A stretch of DNA of 64,000 nt. It comes from Schmidtea polychroa. Lineage: Eukaryota. The stretch is from NCBI GenBank assembly GCA_044892525.1, contig CM097886.1, positions 59,520,001 through 59,584,000 of the forward strand, in the 5' to 3' direction. Below the pieces are notes generated by a model, which saw only the letters and a list, made by a program, of their open reading frames with translations, was not told the DNA's origin and did no database searches. This document shows, in pieces, positions 22,501 to 32,974 of this stretch (positions are counted from its first letter, which is position 1; every line of letters begins with the position of its first letter). Position numbers and translations under genes: made by a program.

Positions 22501-25500
22501 AATTCACTCAATTTGTTTTATAATATTCAAATAGCTGAGACATTTGTAATTTTGACATTAGTGCAGATATTGGCTACAAATAATTTTTCGTGATTTTAAT
22601 ATTATATGTATAAAAATTAAATAACTATTTTAATGATTTTTAATTTATTTTAAACTCTTTATTATTAGAAATTTTTACTATAATATTAGTTTAATATTAA
22701 TATTACTATAATATTAGTTTATAATTTACTATATTATTAGTTTACTATATTATTAGCAATTTATAGAAAATTTTAAATTTAATTTTTAAAGAAATCTTTT
22801 TTTTCCTTCTTACGAAATCTTGGTAGGTCTCGGTTATAAACTAATATTAAAGAATGAAATATAAAATATAATTACCTAACATGAAGAATCAGATTCCTAT
22901 TGATTCTCCAAAACACTCTCATACATTTTCTGCATCTGACACTATAATTCCATGAGCGCTCTAAAAATTTCAACACATTTTCATTTTTTGAACGTGTATA
23001 AACATACTTTCAGGCTTTCTACGACTATTTAAACAAAATGCCCGTTTTTCCAAATACTTTTGAGTTTTTCTGTGATTTTTTAATGAAAAGAATTTAAAGT
23101 AGTCAAACTTCTAATTAATTAATTAATTAATTCAATAGTAAATAATTATATAACCAAATTTTTTGTGAATATTTTTTTGGGACTAGAATTTGAAGGTAAA
23201 AACGGAACACTTGGTATAATTTGAATGGGTTTCGATGGAAACAAATTCAAACTGTCTGAACCTGATTGATGTAAAAATGAGAAATCACCGATGTTTAACG
23301 ATAAAAGGGGAGATAGAAAGTTCATATTGGCTGGGAGGATAGTTTTAAACAGTGGTTCTGTGATTCTCCGATCAACTAAGCCCGAATTTGACAACATGAA
23401 ACTGGAATCTGACTTTTTGTTGTCAAGCCTCAACGGGTCACTGGTTGTATCTTTTCTGATTGGCTTAGTGGATTTTTTGATTTTACTGGTTTTAGAATCA
23501 TTGGAACCATTTTGTGATGACTTGGCATTTTCTGTTTGATGCTTTTTAAGGACTTCATCAATGCTTGATTCAATTGTCTCGTTGTTGTTATGAGATGTTT
23601 TTATATGTCTACTCAAGTTCCCATTTGTTGTAAACTTTTTGTCACACATAAAACAACTAAATGGCCGATGATCTAAACACATTAAGTTAAATTTTCAATT
23701 AATTTTTTTCAATATATGAACTTGAATGAGTCAACAAATGTCTTTCCAGAGAGCTATTGGAACTCAATTCCTTTGAACACAAGCAACATAAATGTTTTCC
23801 ATCATCGCGTTTCGTTTTGTTTTGATGTTCTTGTAAATGAATAGTTAAACTTTCTCGGCCACAAATATACGATTGATCACACATGGGGCATTTGAAAAAG
23901 TCGACTCCTCCACTCGTTTGAAATGGAAGTATCTATAATATTAAATGAAACTTTGAGATAATAGAAGTACTTTGTTGAGGTTAAAAACTATTTAATTAAG
24001 ATATTTTAATTGAATTTGAAACGAAAAAATTCAATATATTTCGGGAGGAAGATGTTAAAGAAGGGATTCATTATTAAAATAAGTGCCTATATGTTAAGTT
24101 TTACGTAACAGACAATGTTCATATAAAAAATTCATTAATTAATTAATTAATTAAAAAATTGTTTACCTCATCAATTATTGTTATAGAATAAAGAAACTCA
24201 CTATTTAGCAGCGAAGAGATTCAATTAAAAAAATGTTTAATTTAATTTATTTATTTTTAGAAAACGCAAAAATTAGATAGAATTAAAAGGGATAAAACGA
24301 CTTGATTGGGAAAATTAAAAATAAAATAGGAAAATTGTTTTATGAAAAGGCATTCGAAATTTCCTTTTAATGCACCACGGTCGAAGAAAAATTGACCATA
24401 ATGTTGTGTGGCAGTTCAAGATTTATAAGCTTGAGAATAATCTACCATTAAAATGTTCAAAAAATTCTGACCTGAAATTCTGTAAAATCTTTGGAATACG
24501 TCACCAATTTTATTGGCGAGATTTTAGATAAGAGGATTACAAAAACATCGTTAATAAAAAGTAATATGCCATGTTTTCCATTTAATATTCTCTTAAAACA
24601 CATGAAAGTATGCTTCGTAAGATAAAAAAAGTAAGCACAGAATCAAAGAGAAAATGTCCTTGTAAACTGACGTCAATGAGAGTTATACAAAGCATTTTCA
24701 TGTAATGCAATTATCTTTTTAATGCATTTATCAATCTCTGTAAGACCCTAGCAAAAGGAAAAATAAAGAGCTCAAAAATTTTATTTTTCACAAGACTGGA
24801 CAAAATTTCATCCATATTACTAGTATTCTAGAGATACATATTAACCATCAATATTTGATATTTAACTAATTTTTTTAACCAAAGTCTATCAGAATCACAA
24901 ATTTTGAGCACTATATCCATGTATGTGACTGTTAAGTTATGTCGTTTATTTCTTTAGGTACATTTGATTTATAAGGGCAGAAACCATATACTAATATTTA
25001 TTTGAGATGAAAGCATGAATACAATTTGTAGTGTCTGAAAATACAGAATTTATCCGCGGAAGTGCTAAAATATAAATGTATATGTATTTTTTTCAAACTT
25101 TACCGCTGATTTCTTTTCCACTGTATTTATTAAAAAACCTTGACTATGAATCAGTAAATATATCGATGTTTTTGATATCCACCAACTATCGGCACTGCCT
25201 TTTTCACTTTTTCAAGCTTTTTTAATATATATCAATTCAATTGTATTAATTTTATATTAATTCTTAAAATTTTTTGCAGGCCAAAATATTTGTTTACTTG
25301 GTTCTTACTTTCCCCCACCTTGATCATACTAACGTGGTTAATATTGCACAGAACCCCCTGAAACTTATAGCTTTTTAGGAATTTATATAAATTTGTGATA
25401 TAGAACATATAATAAAGAAAGAAAATTCTCATAAAAAATATGCAAGAAATTTATTATTAATTTATAAAAATGATTAAAATCCGTTTTATATGGTGTTTAG

Positions 25501-26680
25501 TTAAAAAAAAATTATTTTAAGTGGCATAAATGCAATGAATCTCTGCAATTTAAATTAATATTTCTGATATTGTATGTCAAATAAAATCTAACTGGCCGAT
25601 ACTTAAAAATCTTCTTCTGGGGTCGAAGCTGTAAGTGGATTAAAGTCTTCCTGTGATATTTCAGTATTCATTGCCAAAAAAAGGAAATATCCTAACTGTA
25701 AAAGAAGCTATTTAAAAAAATAATCTAACAATACTCTAATACACAGTAGATTTTCTTTAAATATAAAACTGTCATATTGACTTCTAATATCAATATTTTT
25801 TTATAATGAAATTTATTATTATTCAAAAATCTTTTGTAAAATACATTAAAAAAATATCTCATACCAAAAACATTACTGGGATCTTTTGAATTCCTATGGC
25901 ATCATCAAAAGAATGGTGAAGATAAAAAATTTGGCACCTTCTGAATTTATGGACACTACTTCGTATTTTAAAGAAGAATGGCCTATGTATATTGTACATT
26001 TAGAGCTAGCATTTAAGAGATTTTAATTGAATGTGCTACTATATTGAAAATGTTTATATTGAATACAAAAATAAAATTAAATAACATTTTTATCAANNNN
26101 NNNNNNNNNNNNNNNNNNNNNNNNNNNNNNNNNNNNNNNNNNNNNNNNNNNNNNNNNNNNNNNNNNNNNNNNNNNNNNNNNNNNNNNNNNNNNNNNNNNN
26201 NNNNNNNNNNNNNNNNNNNNNNNNNNNNNNNNNNNNNNTTTCACCTTTGCTTCATCTTTGTTAATTTTTTTAGAAATATCATCCACATTGTCCTCTGCAA
26301 TTGGGATGATTTTAGATTTTTCAGAATTTTCTTCAATCGTTATATGACTGTCAGAAATCGCTTGACTCTCCTGGTTATTGAATTCCGTTTCAGTGTCTTC
26401 CTAAACATCAATAAAAGAATTTCATAAAATCCGATTTTACTCTTTTCTCTTCTCTGATTGTTGGTTGATCGGTTTGAAAATTTAAAGTTTTCGTGATCTG
26501 TGAAAATTCCACGATTGGAAAATTGACTTCAAGTTTCACCGGGCAAACCGTTGACTTTACCGGACATTCGTATTTATCCAACGATTGAAATGGTGCTATT
26601 GGATTATTGGAAGAAATCTGTCGAGAAAGTATATCGAAATTACCTTTGATAGGTTTGTTTTGTTTTCGTCTTGATGTCAT
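4580..26680 (-). CDS. RREB1: RREB1/hindsight(pebbled)-like multi-zinc-finger transcription factor. Exons: 26680-26441, 26400-(gap at 26238), 23932-23722, 23672-23155, 23110-23008, 22960-22876, 7910-7060, 5052-4580
   Basis: Diagnostic finger pairs CCLCSKELSSNSSLERHLLTH-SNHRPF-SCFMCDKKFTTNGNLSRHIKTSH and CPMEGCAQKFPWNSSLMRHILTH-TAHKPF-KCTRCTKCFSTKSNRERHMTRVH. GT-AG junctions are phase-compatible at every junction I could check (the exon 2 donor lies in a gap). Introns are 40, 49, 44, 47, 14965 and 2007 bp. Confidence 0.85.
5000..6155. repeat. Local tandem duplication A-X-B-A'-B' that copies the last splice acceptor of the RREB1-like gene
   Basis: 5000-5283 recurs at 5705-5988 and 5538-5704 recurs at 5989-6155, with a few substitutions. 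5284-5537 is absent from the second unit. Confidence 0.9.
8594..8701 (+). ncRNA. Hammerhead ribozyme family A (U3-A8 core) plus Penelope 3' terminal motif
   Basis: TTGACAA (8598-8604), G, perfect 6-bp stem II GACTAT-cgt-ATAGTC, GAAA (8621-8624), AT-TC (predicted cut after 8628). Core identical to the copy at 30186-30216. Confidence 0.75.
8702..8858. other. Assembly gap (others: 26097-26238, 30338-30491, 41269-41454, 42596-42755, 51629-51759, 52796-53118, 53551-53722)
   Basis: Runs of N. Confidence 0.99.
10530..10570 (+). ncRNA. Degenerate hammerhead-like motif
   Basis: CTCGTG-G-AGTG / CACT-G-CACGAG stem encloses CTGATGA (10541-10547) and GGAAAA. Stems II and III look eroded. Confidence 0.35.
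10650..11240 (+). mobile_element. Internally deleted Penelope-like element (RT N-part joined to C-terminal/GIY-YIG part), preceded by an inverted 3' end
   Basis: 10719-10855 translates RPIVSNTNGPTTKTSWLLSKILKP. ORF 10959-11240 closely matches the C-terminal part of the 28681-29778 ORF. 10650-10705 matches the inverted 3' terminus at 27955-28005. Confidence 0.85.
11240..12140 (-). mobile_element. Penelope-like 3' fragment (GIY-YIG + 3' UTR), convergent with the + strand copy
   Basis: ORFs 11878-12093 and 11612-11806 match the 28681-29778 protein with frameshifts. 11240-11610 matches the 3' UTR copy at 28200-28550. Confidence 0.9.
12289..12473. mobile_element. Tc1/pogo-type MITE
   Basis: TA-flanked ~25-bp TIRs CCGTATTTTAGCGATTATAGTGCGC / GCGCACTATATTCGCTAAAATACGA, with an extra internal TIR copy near 12373-12390. 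Confidence 0.75.
14669..18356 (+). mobile_element. Full-length 3.7-kb hAT DNA transposon (ZMYM1-like transposase family)
   Basis: 14-bp TIRs CAGGCCCGTACCGT / ACGGTACGGGGCTG (13/14) and an 8-bp TSD GCGTAATA / GCTTAATA (7/8). GC content is visibly higher than in the flanks. Confidence 0.93.
15613..17950 (+). pseudogene. hAT transposase with two frameshifts (~16160, ~17410) and one nonsense codon (17897-17899)
   Basis: TTF-type zinc finger (RPYLEYSIEKDAVFCFCCRNF), DUF4371-like region, DGTKD, QCYDGAAVMSG, HCFNHKLHL, RW motif and C-terminal dimerisation motif TATCEATFSTL. The frame continues FLRRFHEMKNRRLQLF after the stop. Confidence 0.9.
19189..20436 (+). CDS. Gag with two CCHC zinc knuckles (true start probably ATG 19273, downstream of the PBS)
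   Basis: Open frame with CFCCGEKGHRRFEC and CLICGKEGHGFRDC. Confidence 0.85.
   Translation: MNLEVEDIITGDHAKEINAIGKKKGTKNMLDSLSKQAREMLNFNVRKFDGKVGSEAELWLKDIMEWLRIEDQSLVDALDLLLTDAASMLWEAAKIAKMTDEMAKEWFIETFTVRKTITNKIVELAQIQQERDERFQVFEIRVRSLVKSVFSSGMSDEQIVRDIISNRPKDDRVKEIFLSGKVTSFEDARDMAKIQEKIEMTNDNKFNIDAIRRDSYASVMKNGKFEGRRDQRTIVKTTAHQRDDHREINHERNKPGNGRFVLIVNEDKNENERYRGRYETGEPERRIPTVSLKDIARRLFNDSKGRDSPHPVKLTPGQCFCCGEKGHRRFECPMKDKCLICGKEGHGFRDCFLLKNRNGYQKRVACIYEEDHERNNGDFTEDLYSNYEETIKKSMDKPKNKDDPIAFISSVGSTQ
20389..21977 (+). pseudogene. Pol (protease-RT-RNase H start) with nonsense codons at 20517-20519 and 21705-21707
   Basis: LWDSGAS protease motif, RLPFGL and YLDD RT motifs, FILDTDAS RNase H motif. 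Confidence 0.9.
25060..25216 (-). repeat. Copy of family B Penelope terminal repeat with eroded hammerhead
   Basis: Matches 57365-57515 and 58345-58480. GGCAGTGCC stem II is retained but GAAA is changed to GATA. Confidence 0.75.
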
Positions 26681-27880
26681 TGGAAATAATGAACAGAATA
26701 TTACGAAATAGTGAATCGCTTTTCCTTTTTTTTCTCTTTATCGATTGAGCACAGTGAAAATGGGATAATTATTGAAAAAGTCGATAGGTTTAGAATTCTA
26801 TCCCGGGTTTTCTTTTTGCTTTAATTGAGCACAATTGTTGTGAGCAGTAGTAAATAAGGATATCAACAATCAGCAATTTTGTTCATGAAGTAGACTCTCC
26901 TGCTCACGATAATATACAGTCAGGTAGAATTATTTGTAGAAGTCACACACAATAATATTACATTGTATCTTACTCGCACAGATACTGCCAGATCAGCACA
27001 CACATGCACCCAAACACTTTTGGAAATATTGTTATCGTGTTGACTCAGGTAAGTCCTTTGGTATTGGTGTACGTACAAACCTATAGATGAGGTATCCTAA
27101 AGCAAGTGGCTGATGCGGGTGGTTGTGTGCGTGTGCATGCGTGCGTGCGGGGAGGGGTGTGTGTCTGTGTTACATGTTGGAAATCTCAAGAGAGCAGACT
27201 GAAATTTTCATTGAGGCACTATTTGTATTGTACTTTGGTATTTGTGTTGTAATGTTCGCATTGCATTATATCGGGGTTTTTTTCAGCAGACTGTTTTGGA
27301 GATAGAATCAATCTGGTGACTGAGGAGTGAATTTATTCCCTCAAATTTCCCTGCACACATAATCATCATTAATCAATTAGATTATCGATTTTCCCAATGA
27401 ATAATTTTTTGAAATGAAATTTTATTTTTACTCACATCTATAGTGGGAATTTTTCCTAATTTGATCACATACTGTTCAATGGAATTGTTGTTTTAGTTTT
27501 TATTATATTCGATTTATTACTCATAATTTTATTCATTTTATTAGCAATATCTTTATTTTAATTATTTATTTTCTAACCAACGTGCATTTAGTTTCTCCGT
27601 CACGCATCAATTTATTAGAATTACAAAGATTTTTATTAGCATTGGATGGAAAATTCAATTACAATTGTTGTTTTCCCATTGTAAAATTTTTATCGTGTCA
27701 AAACTTCTGGTAGGGTTTGATTTTTTGATAACAAGTGGTCCCAGATTAAGTTCTCTTCAGTGACCCTTTATCAGGAAGATTATATGAAAATTCAAAAAAC
27801 AAAATATGTTGTAATTCTAGAACTTATGAATTAAATTAATATTTGCTTTTGAAAAGTTATGGTTTATTTAATTTTCTTCC

Positions 27881-27881
<1 letters not shown>

Positions 27882-27953
<72 letters not shown>
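27882..27953. repeat. (TTA)n microsatellite, ~24 units, abutting the inverted Penelope 3' end
   Basis: Directly visible. Confidence 0.97.
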
Positions 27954-27955
<2 letters not shown>

Positions 27956-28041
27956 AAATGATGATTGCTTGGTAGCAGCATTTATTATTTAAAACAATAA
28001 AATGATAATTTAAGCCTTTTGCTGCAAATAATGTATTTAAT

Positions 28042-28080
28042 GAAAGAATTTTCAACTATAAGATAGTCCTTGTCAATCTC
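28042..28080 (-). ncRNA. Hammerhead ribozyme family A, inverted-arm copy
   Basis: Minus strand reads GAGA-TTGACAA-G-GACTAT-ctt-ATAGTT-GAAA-AT-TC-TTTC, with a G.U closing pair in stem II. Confidence 0.7.
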
Positions 28081-28680
28081 CTGGAATTTAGCAATGTTCT
28101 TCCCCAAAATATTTTTCAATCTTTCTTTTATTTCCTTTCTCTTAATTCTCATTGGTTGAAAATATAATGAATTGTTTTACTAAAAACTTTTAAAATTTTT
28201 ACATTTAAAATTTCAAAATGACACAAATTAAAAAATTTTTAAATTTTTTACAGCTTCTATAATTAGCTTCTAGAAGCCTAATAAAATATTTGAAAATATT
28301 TTAAATAAAGCCTCCAATAACTACTTATATATGCTATTTAAATATTTCAATAAATGTGTCAATTTTGATTTTCAAACCCTATTTTTTAAAATTTTTTTTC
28401 TATATTATTCTAATTATTACTTTTTAATTTATTCTATTTTTTTAATTTTTTTAATTTTTTTAATTTCTTTATATATTGTCAGTTATTCTCAAAGTCAAAG
28501 TCAATGACAACAGATCAAATTCATGATTTCATTGATTTCTTCTTTAGTGTTGATCTTTGGCTGTCTGTTTATGATGAGAATTGCTTCTTTGATTCTGACA
28601 TTTTTCTTTTGGATGTTTCCATTAGCTATGATTTCTATTGAAATATTTTTTCTTTCCTCTGTTGGCTGACACTGCCGGAG

Positions 28681-29778
28681 ATGTCTGCCCAACGAGGATG
28701 TTCCACCTTTGAACAAAATATCAATAAACAAGTGAAAGGTCTGCCTATGGGTTCTAGCATATCAGGACTGCTAGCAATCATCTTTATGGATAACCTCGAA
28801 CGACAGACACTGAGGACCATACAACCCATCGGTTTCTATGCAAGATATGTAGATGATATCTTCATCACGACCAAAAACAGAAAAGAAGCGGAGGAAATAT
28901 TTCATACATTCAATGCGGCTCATCAAGATATTAAGTTCGAAATCGAATATCCGGAAGAAGATGGATCCCTCAATTTATTGGATTTGAGAATCAAAATAGA
29001 AGAAAATACTCCAACATACGGGTTCTACAGAAAACCAGCTCGCAAAGAAATATTTATGCACCAAAGATCAGCACTTCCATACTTACAGAAAGTACATGTC
29101 ATAAGAAACGAGAAACGAAGAATAGCCAATCGATGCACGGAGAAAAACGAAAACTTTAAAGAGCAATCAAATTTCAATAAAATCCTACACCGAAACGGAT
29201 ACCAAGGTGAGGACATTGAAAGAATGAATTCTACCCCAAGAAGATCTAGGGAATTATCACAAAAGAATCAGAAATATTTCTATCTGAATATCCCATTCAT
29301 CAGTGACATACTCGACTTCAAGATCCTGAAAGAACTTAAACGTACCGGTCTTCCAATTCGGATAGCACATAAATCTTGGACATTGAGAAGGGCTCTGGCA
29401 GGCAACATAAATAGAGAAAACAATTGCACAATGAAAAACTGCCAGACACCGAAAGATATGTGCTTTAGAAAAAACATCGTCTATTGCATCACGTGCAATG
29501 TATGCAATGAAATCTACATTGGAAGTACCCTCAGGACATTGCACCAAAGAGTTAAAGAACATCTAGATCCTGGTGGAACATCCTCGTTGGGCAGACATCT
29601 CCGGCAGTGTCAGCCAACAGAGGAAAGAAAAAATATTTCAATAGAAATCATAGCTAATGGAAACATCCAAAAGAAAAATGTCAGAATCAAAGAAGCAATT
29701 CTCATCATAAACAGACAGCCAAAGATCAACACTAAAGAAGAAATCAATGAAATCATGAATTTGATCTGTTGTCATTGA
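28681..29778 (+). CDS. Penelope-like RT C-terminal half + GIY-YIG endonuclease (the first 9 codons come from the inverted arm)
   Basis: GLPMGS, RYVDD, LNLLDL, YRKP; VYCITCNVCNEIYIGSTLRTLHQRVKEH; RIKEAILI...PKIN. Confidence 0.9.
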   Translation: MSAQRGCSTFEQNINKQVKGLPMGSSISGLLAIIFMDNLERQTLRTIQPIGFYARYVDDIFITTKNRKEAEEIFHTFNAAHQDIKFEIEYPEEDGSLNLLDLRIKIEENTPTYGFYRKPARKEIFMHQRSALPYLQKVHVIRNEKRRIANRCTEKNENFKEQSNFNKILHRNGYQGEDIERMNSTPRRSRELSQKNQKYFYLNIPFISDILDFKILKELKRTGLPIRIAHKSWTLRRALAGNINRENNCTMKNCQTPKDMCFRKNIVYCITCNVCNEIYIGSTLRTLHQRVKEHLDPGGTSSLGRHLRQCQPTEERKNISIEIIANGNIQKKNVRIKEAILIINRQPKINTKEEINEIMNLICCH

Positions 29779-30180
29779 CTTTGACTTTGAGAATAACTGA
29801 CAATATATAAAGAAATTAAAAAAATTAAAAAAATTAAAAAAATAGAATAAATTAAAAAGTAATAATTAGAATAATATAGAAAAAAAATTTTAAAAAATAG
29901 GGTTTGAAAATCAAAATTGACACATTTATTGAAATATTTAAATAGCATATATAAGTAGTTATTGGAGGCTTTATTTAAAATATTTTCAAATATTTTATTA
30001 GGCTTCTAGAAGCTAATTATAGAAGCTGTAAAAAATTTAAAAATTTTGAAATTTTAAATGTAAAAATTTTAAAAGTTTTTAGTAAAACAATTCATTATAT
30101 TTACAACCAATGAGAATTAAGAGAAAGGAAATAAAAGAAAGATTGAAAGGTATTTTGGGGAAGAACATTGCTAAATTCCA

Positions 30181-30221
30181 GGAGATTGACAAGGACTATC
30201 GTATAGTCGAAAATTCTTTCA
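30181..30221 (+). ncRNA. Hammerhead ribozyme family A (U3-A8 core), Penelope 3' UTR
   Basis: Stem I GAGA/TTTC, TTGACAA (30186-30192), 6-bp stem II (30194-30208), GAAA (30209-30212), palindromic AATT stem III, UUC cut site after 30216. Confidence 0.8.
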
Positions 30222-31478
30222 TTAAATACATTATTTGCAGCAAAAGGCTTAAATTATCATTTTATTATTATTATTATTATTATTTAAAACAATAAAATAA
30301 TAATTTAAGCCTTTTGTTGTTTTAAATAATAAATGCTNNNNNNNNNNNNNNNNNNNNNNNNNNNNNNNNNNNNNNNNNNNNNNNNNNNNNNNNNNNNNNN
30401 NNNNNNNNNNNNNNNNNNNNNNNNNNNNNNNNNNNNNNNNNNNNNNNNNNNNNNNNNNNNNNNNNNNNNNNNNNNNNNNNNNNNNNNNNNNGATAAACAG
30501 AAAAAGATTTTCATTATAATCAAAAGTTAACTTGTTAATAGGACTACATTTCGTGCCTGTGACATTTCTCAAGTTCGGCTTCCGTCCTGAGGCCGAGTAC
30601 TTGAAGAAATTTGATTTCTTTTTCGTCAAGCCTGTGTTTAAAATTCTGGTATTTATTGATTTTTTTGAAGGCTTTTGAAATATAATATTTTTTCTTTAGA
30701 ATTTTTATCTTCGATTTTATTTCTTTTGGATAAATGAATTATTAATTACATGTTTATTAATATTTTATATTTCAATTTAATCTTTTTTCGGTAGAAATAG
30801 ATGTCTATCAACCCAGACGAATACGTTCTAATGACTTACATATATACTTGCAGCCAGTATTACCGGTTAATAGAAATAAGTTGAAAGCGAGGTATTTTGT
30901 CTGCCAAACATCTACCAACAGTCAATGAACGTGATAAATTCTATTAACTTTTACGCAATAAATATGTTATCAGAACGACAATTTGCAGATTATGAACTTC
31001 ACCAGTTATAAAGAACCTTTTTAGTAAAAGGCCCAAATTCAAAAAAAAATTACTCAGCCGGACTCAGAAATTTTAATTGCACTTTGATACATAATAATAT
31101 AAAGCAAATCATGTAATGTAATAATAGTGAAAAGTTGGTTTTAGAAATTATGTGTTTTTCTGGAATTTAAATTTTAATTTACAAAATTACATAAAATATT
31201 TTCCGAGGGTCGCATGCAAAACATCGTTTTTAGATTCACTAATTTTTTTTCAATCATCTCTATCTTTTCCTTTCTAGTTAAATCTTTCTTGTCTTACTTG
31301 TTTCTATGTTTTCTAAGAAATAGAACGATTTAGAAAATTTAAAATATTTTTTTTTAAATCAATTCACAAAATTAGATTTTCATTATTTTAAATTTAAATG
31401 AATTTTCAATTTTTTAAAAATTTTCTCTTCAATTTTGTTAAATTTTTGTTATTCAACATTAAGTCTGACTCTGACAAG

Positions 31479-32050
31479 TAGGGATCGCTATCCCGGAGCC
31501 TTTTTTCAATCCCGGGATTTCGGGATTGATTTTTGTTGATCCCGGGATTCCGGGATACCGCCGAGATTAACCTAGTAGAATTTTGTTATTATTTATTTGG
31601 AAAAACTAACATTATTGTACAAAATTTAATTATAAGTTTTTTTTATTTAGAAATAAAGAAAAAGAAAACATTACAAATTAAATTCACAAAATTCATTATT
31701 AATTATATGGTAAATAATTATATGGTAAATAGATATAGAAAATATGGTATTATATGGTAAATAATTATATGGTAAATAGATATAGAAAATATGGTAAGAA
31801 AAAATATATTTTTTACTGACTTATAAAATGTTTATTTTAAATTAGTTTCTTTTTGACAGTTGGTGAATATATCCTTGAAGGAAACACAATGAATCGACAG
31901 TATCGTCATTTAAACGTGAACGAAACTTAGTGCATAAAACTCCGGCAGCTAGAATAGCTCGCTCCGAATCTACACTTGTAGGTGGAATGGTTAACATATT
32001 TCGGTCCGGGCTATTCGGACGCTGACAAGCGCTTGTAGTCGGCAAATTTT
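31479..32050 (-). mobile_element. hAT element end with transposase dimerisation-domain remnant
   Basis: Terminal TAGGGATCGCTATCCCGG followed by ATCCCGGGAT subterminal repeats. ORF 31842-32045 contains TIPPTSVDSERAILAAGVLCTKFRSRLNDDTVDSLCFL. Confidence 0.8.
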
Positions 32051-32974
32051 AAGGGTTTGGAATATAATCTAACCTTTTAGGGGTTAGGCATAACTTTTAC
32101 AATAGTGAATAGATTTTAATAAAATTTTAAATAATTACTACCAAACAAATAACAAATACTTCTATATAATAAACTTTCGAAAAATTAAAACAATTAAAAT
32201 TAAAATAAATACTTCTTTATAAACTTTTTAAAAATATTTTATTATAAAATGTTTTAGAATATTCAAAATATTTTATTTTAAAATAGTATGTCATAAGGTG
32301 ATCTGAGATAACATTAGTAAATTTACAATAAAAACAAAAGTAATTTTTATGTCAAATATCCCATTAGTTAGTTATAAACAAACCTGGGATGCAAAAGCAT
32401 TTTTTTTGTTAGGAAGGTAAATAGTAAACAAATGACGCAACGTAGCGCAAACAATTTATAGCTTTCGTAAGAGAAAACAAACAATATTTCATATAAGGTT
32501 TAAAAGGTATGGTTTTTCAATAAAATTTAATAAAAATTATTTAGTTACAAATGTATAGTAAATTAGAAAAACTAAGATTAGTTGAAAATACGAGGACTGT
32601 TCGTAAAATAAGGATCCCAATGATTTTTCACTATAAAAATCATGTTCATTTGCGATAAATAATACACTTTTGGAAACCTGGTACCCATTTCTAAAATTTG
32701 ACTTATTTGCCCTTGAAATCGATGCATTTTTCATTTTTTCATACCTGAATCGCGAAAGACAACTTAAAACCTCTTTTCCTATTTAGTTTTCGGTTCTGAA
32801 ATGTGTTATTATTACTACTCATGTCAAATTTCCTAGAAATATATTCGTGGACTTTATTTACCCAAGCATGACACAAAATTATATGGGTGTACAAAACAAA
32901 TTCTTCTTTTCCTTCGTCTGGAATCCAAATCGTACATTTACCTGAATGAATAATGTCAGTGCTTTCTAAAAACT

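Larger units (their letters stand above)
27955..30337 (+). mobile_element. 5'-truncated Penelope-like retroelement with ~740-bp inverted terminal arms (27972-28707 vs 29572-30337)
   Basis: The left arm is the reverse complement of the GIY-YIG end plus 3' UTR. The inversion junction is at 28707/28708, after which the RT begins (FEQNINKQVKGLPMGSSIS). Confidence 0.93.

Noticed and set aside
31703-31797. ~47-bp direct tandem duplication
   Set aside because: Two copies of AT-rich sequence inside an hAT remnant; ordinary slippage.
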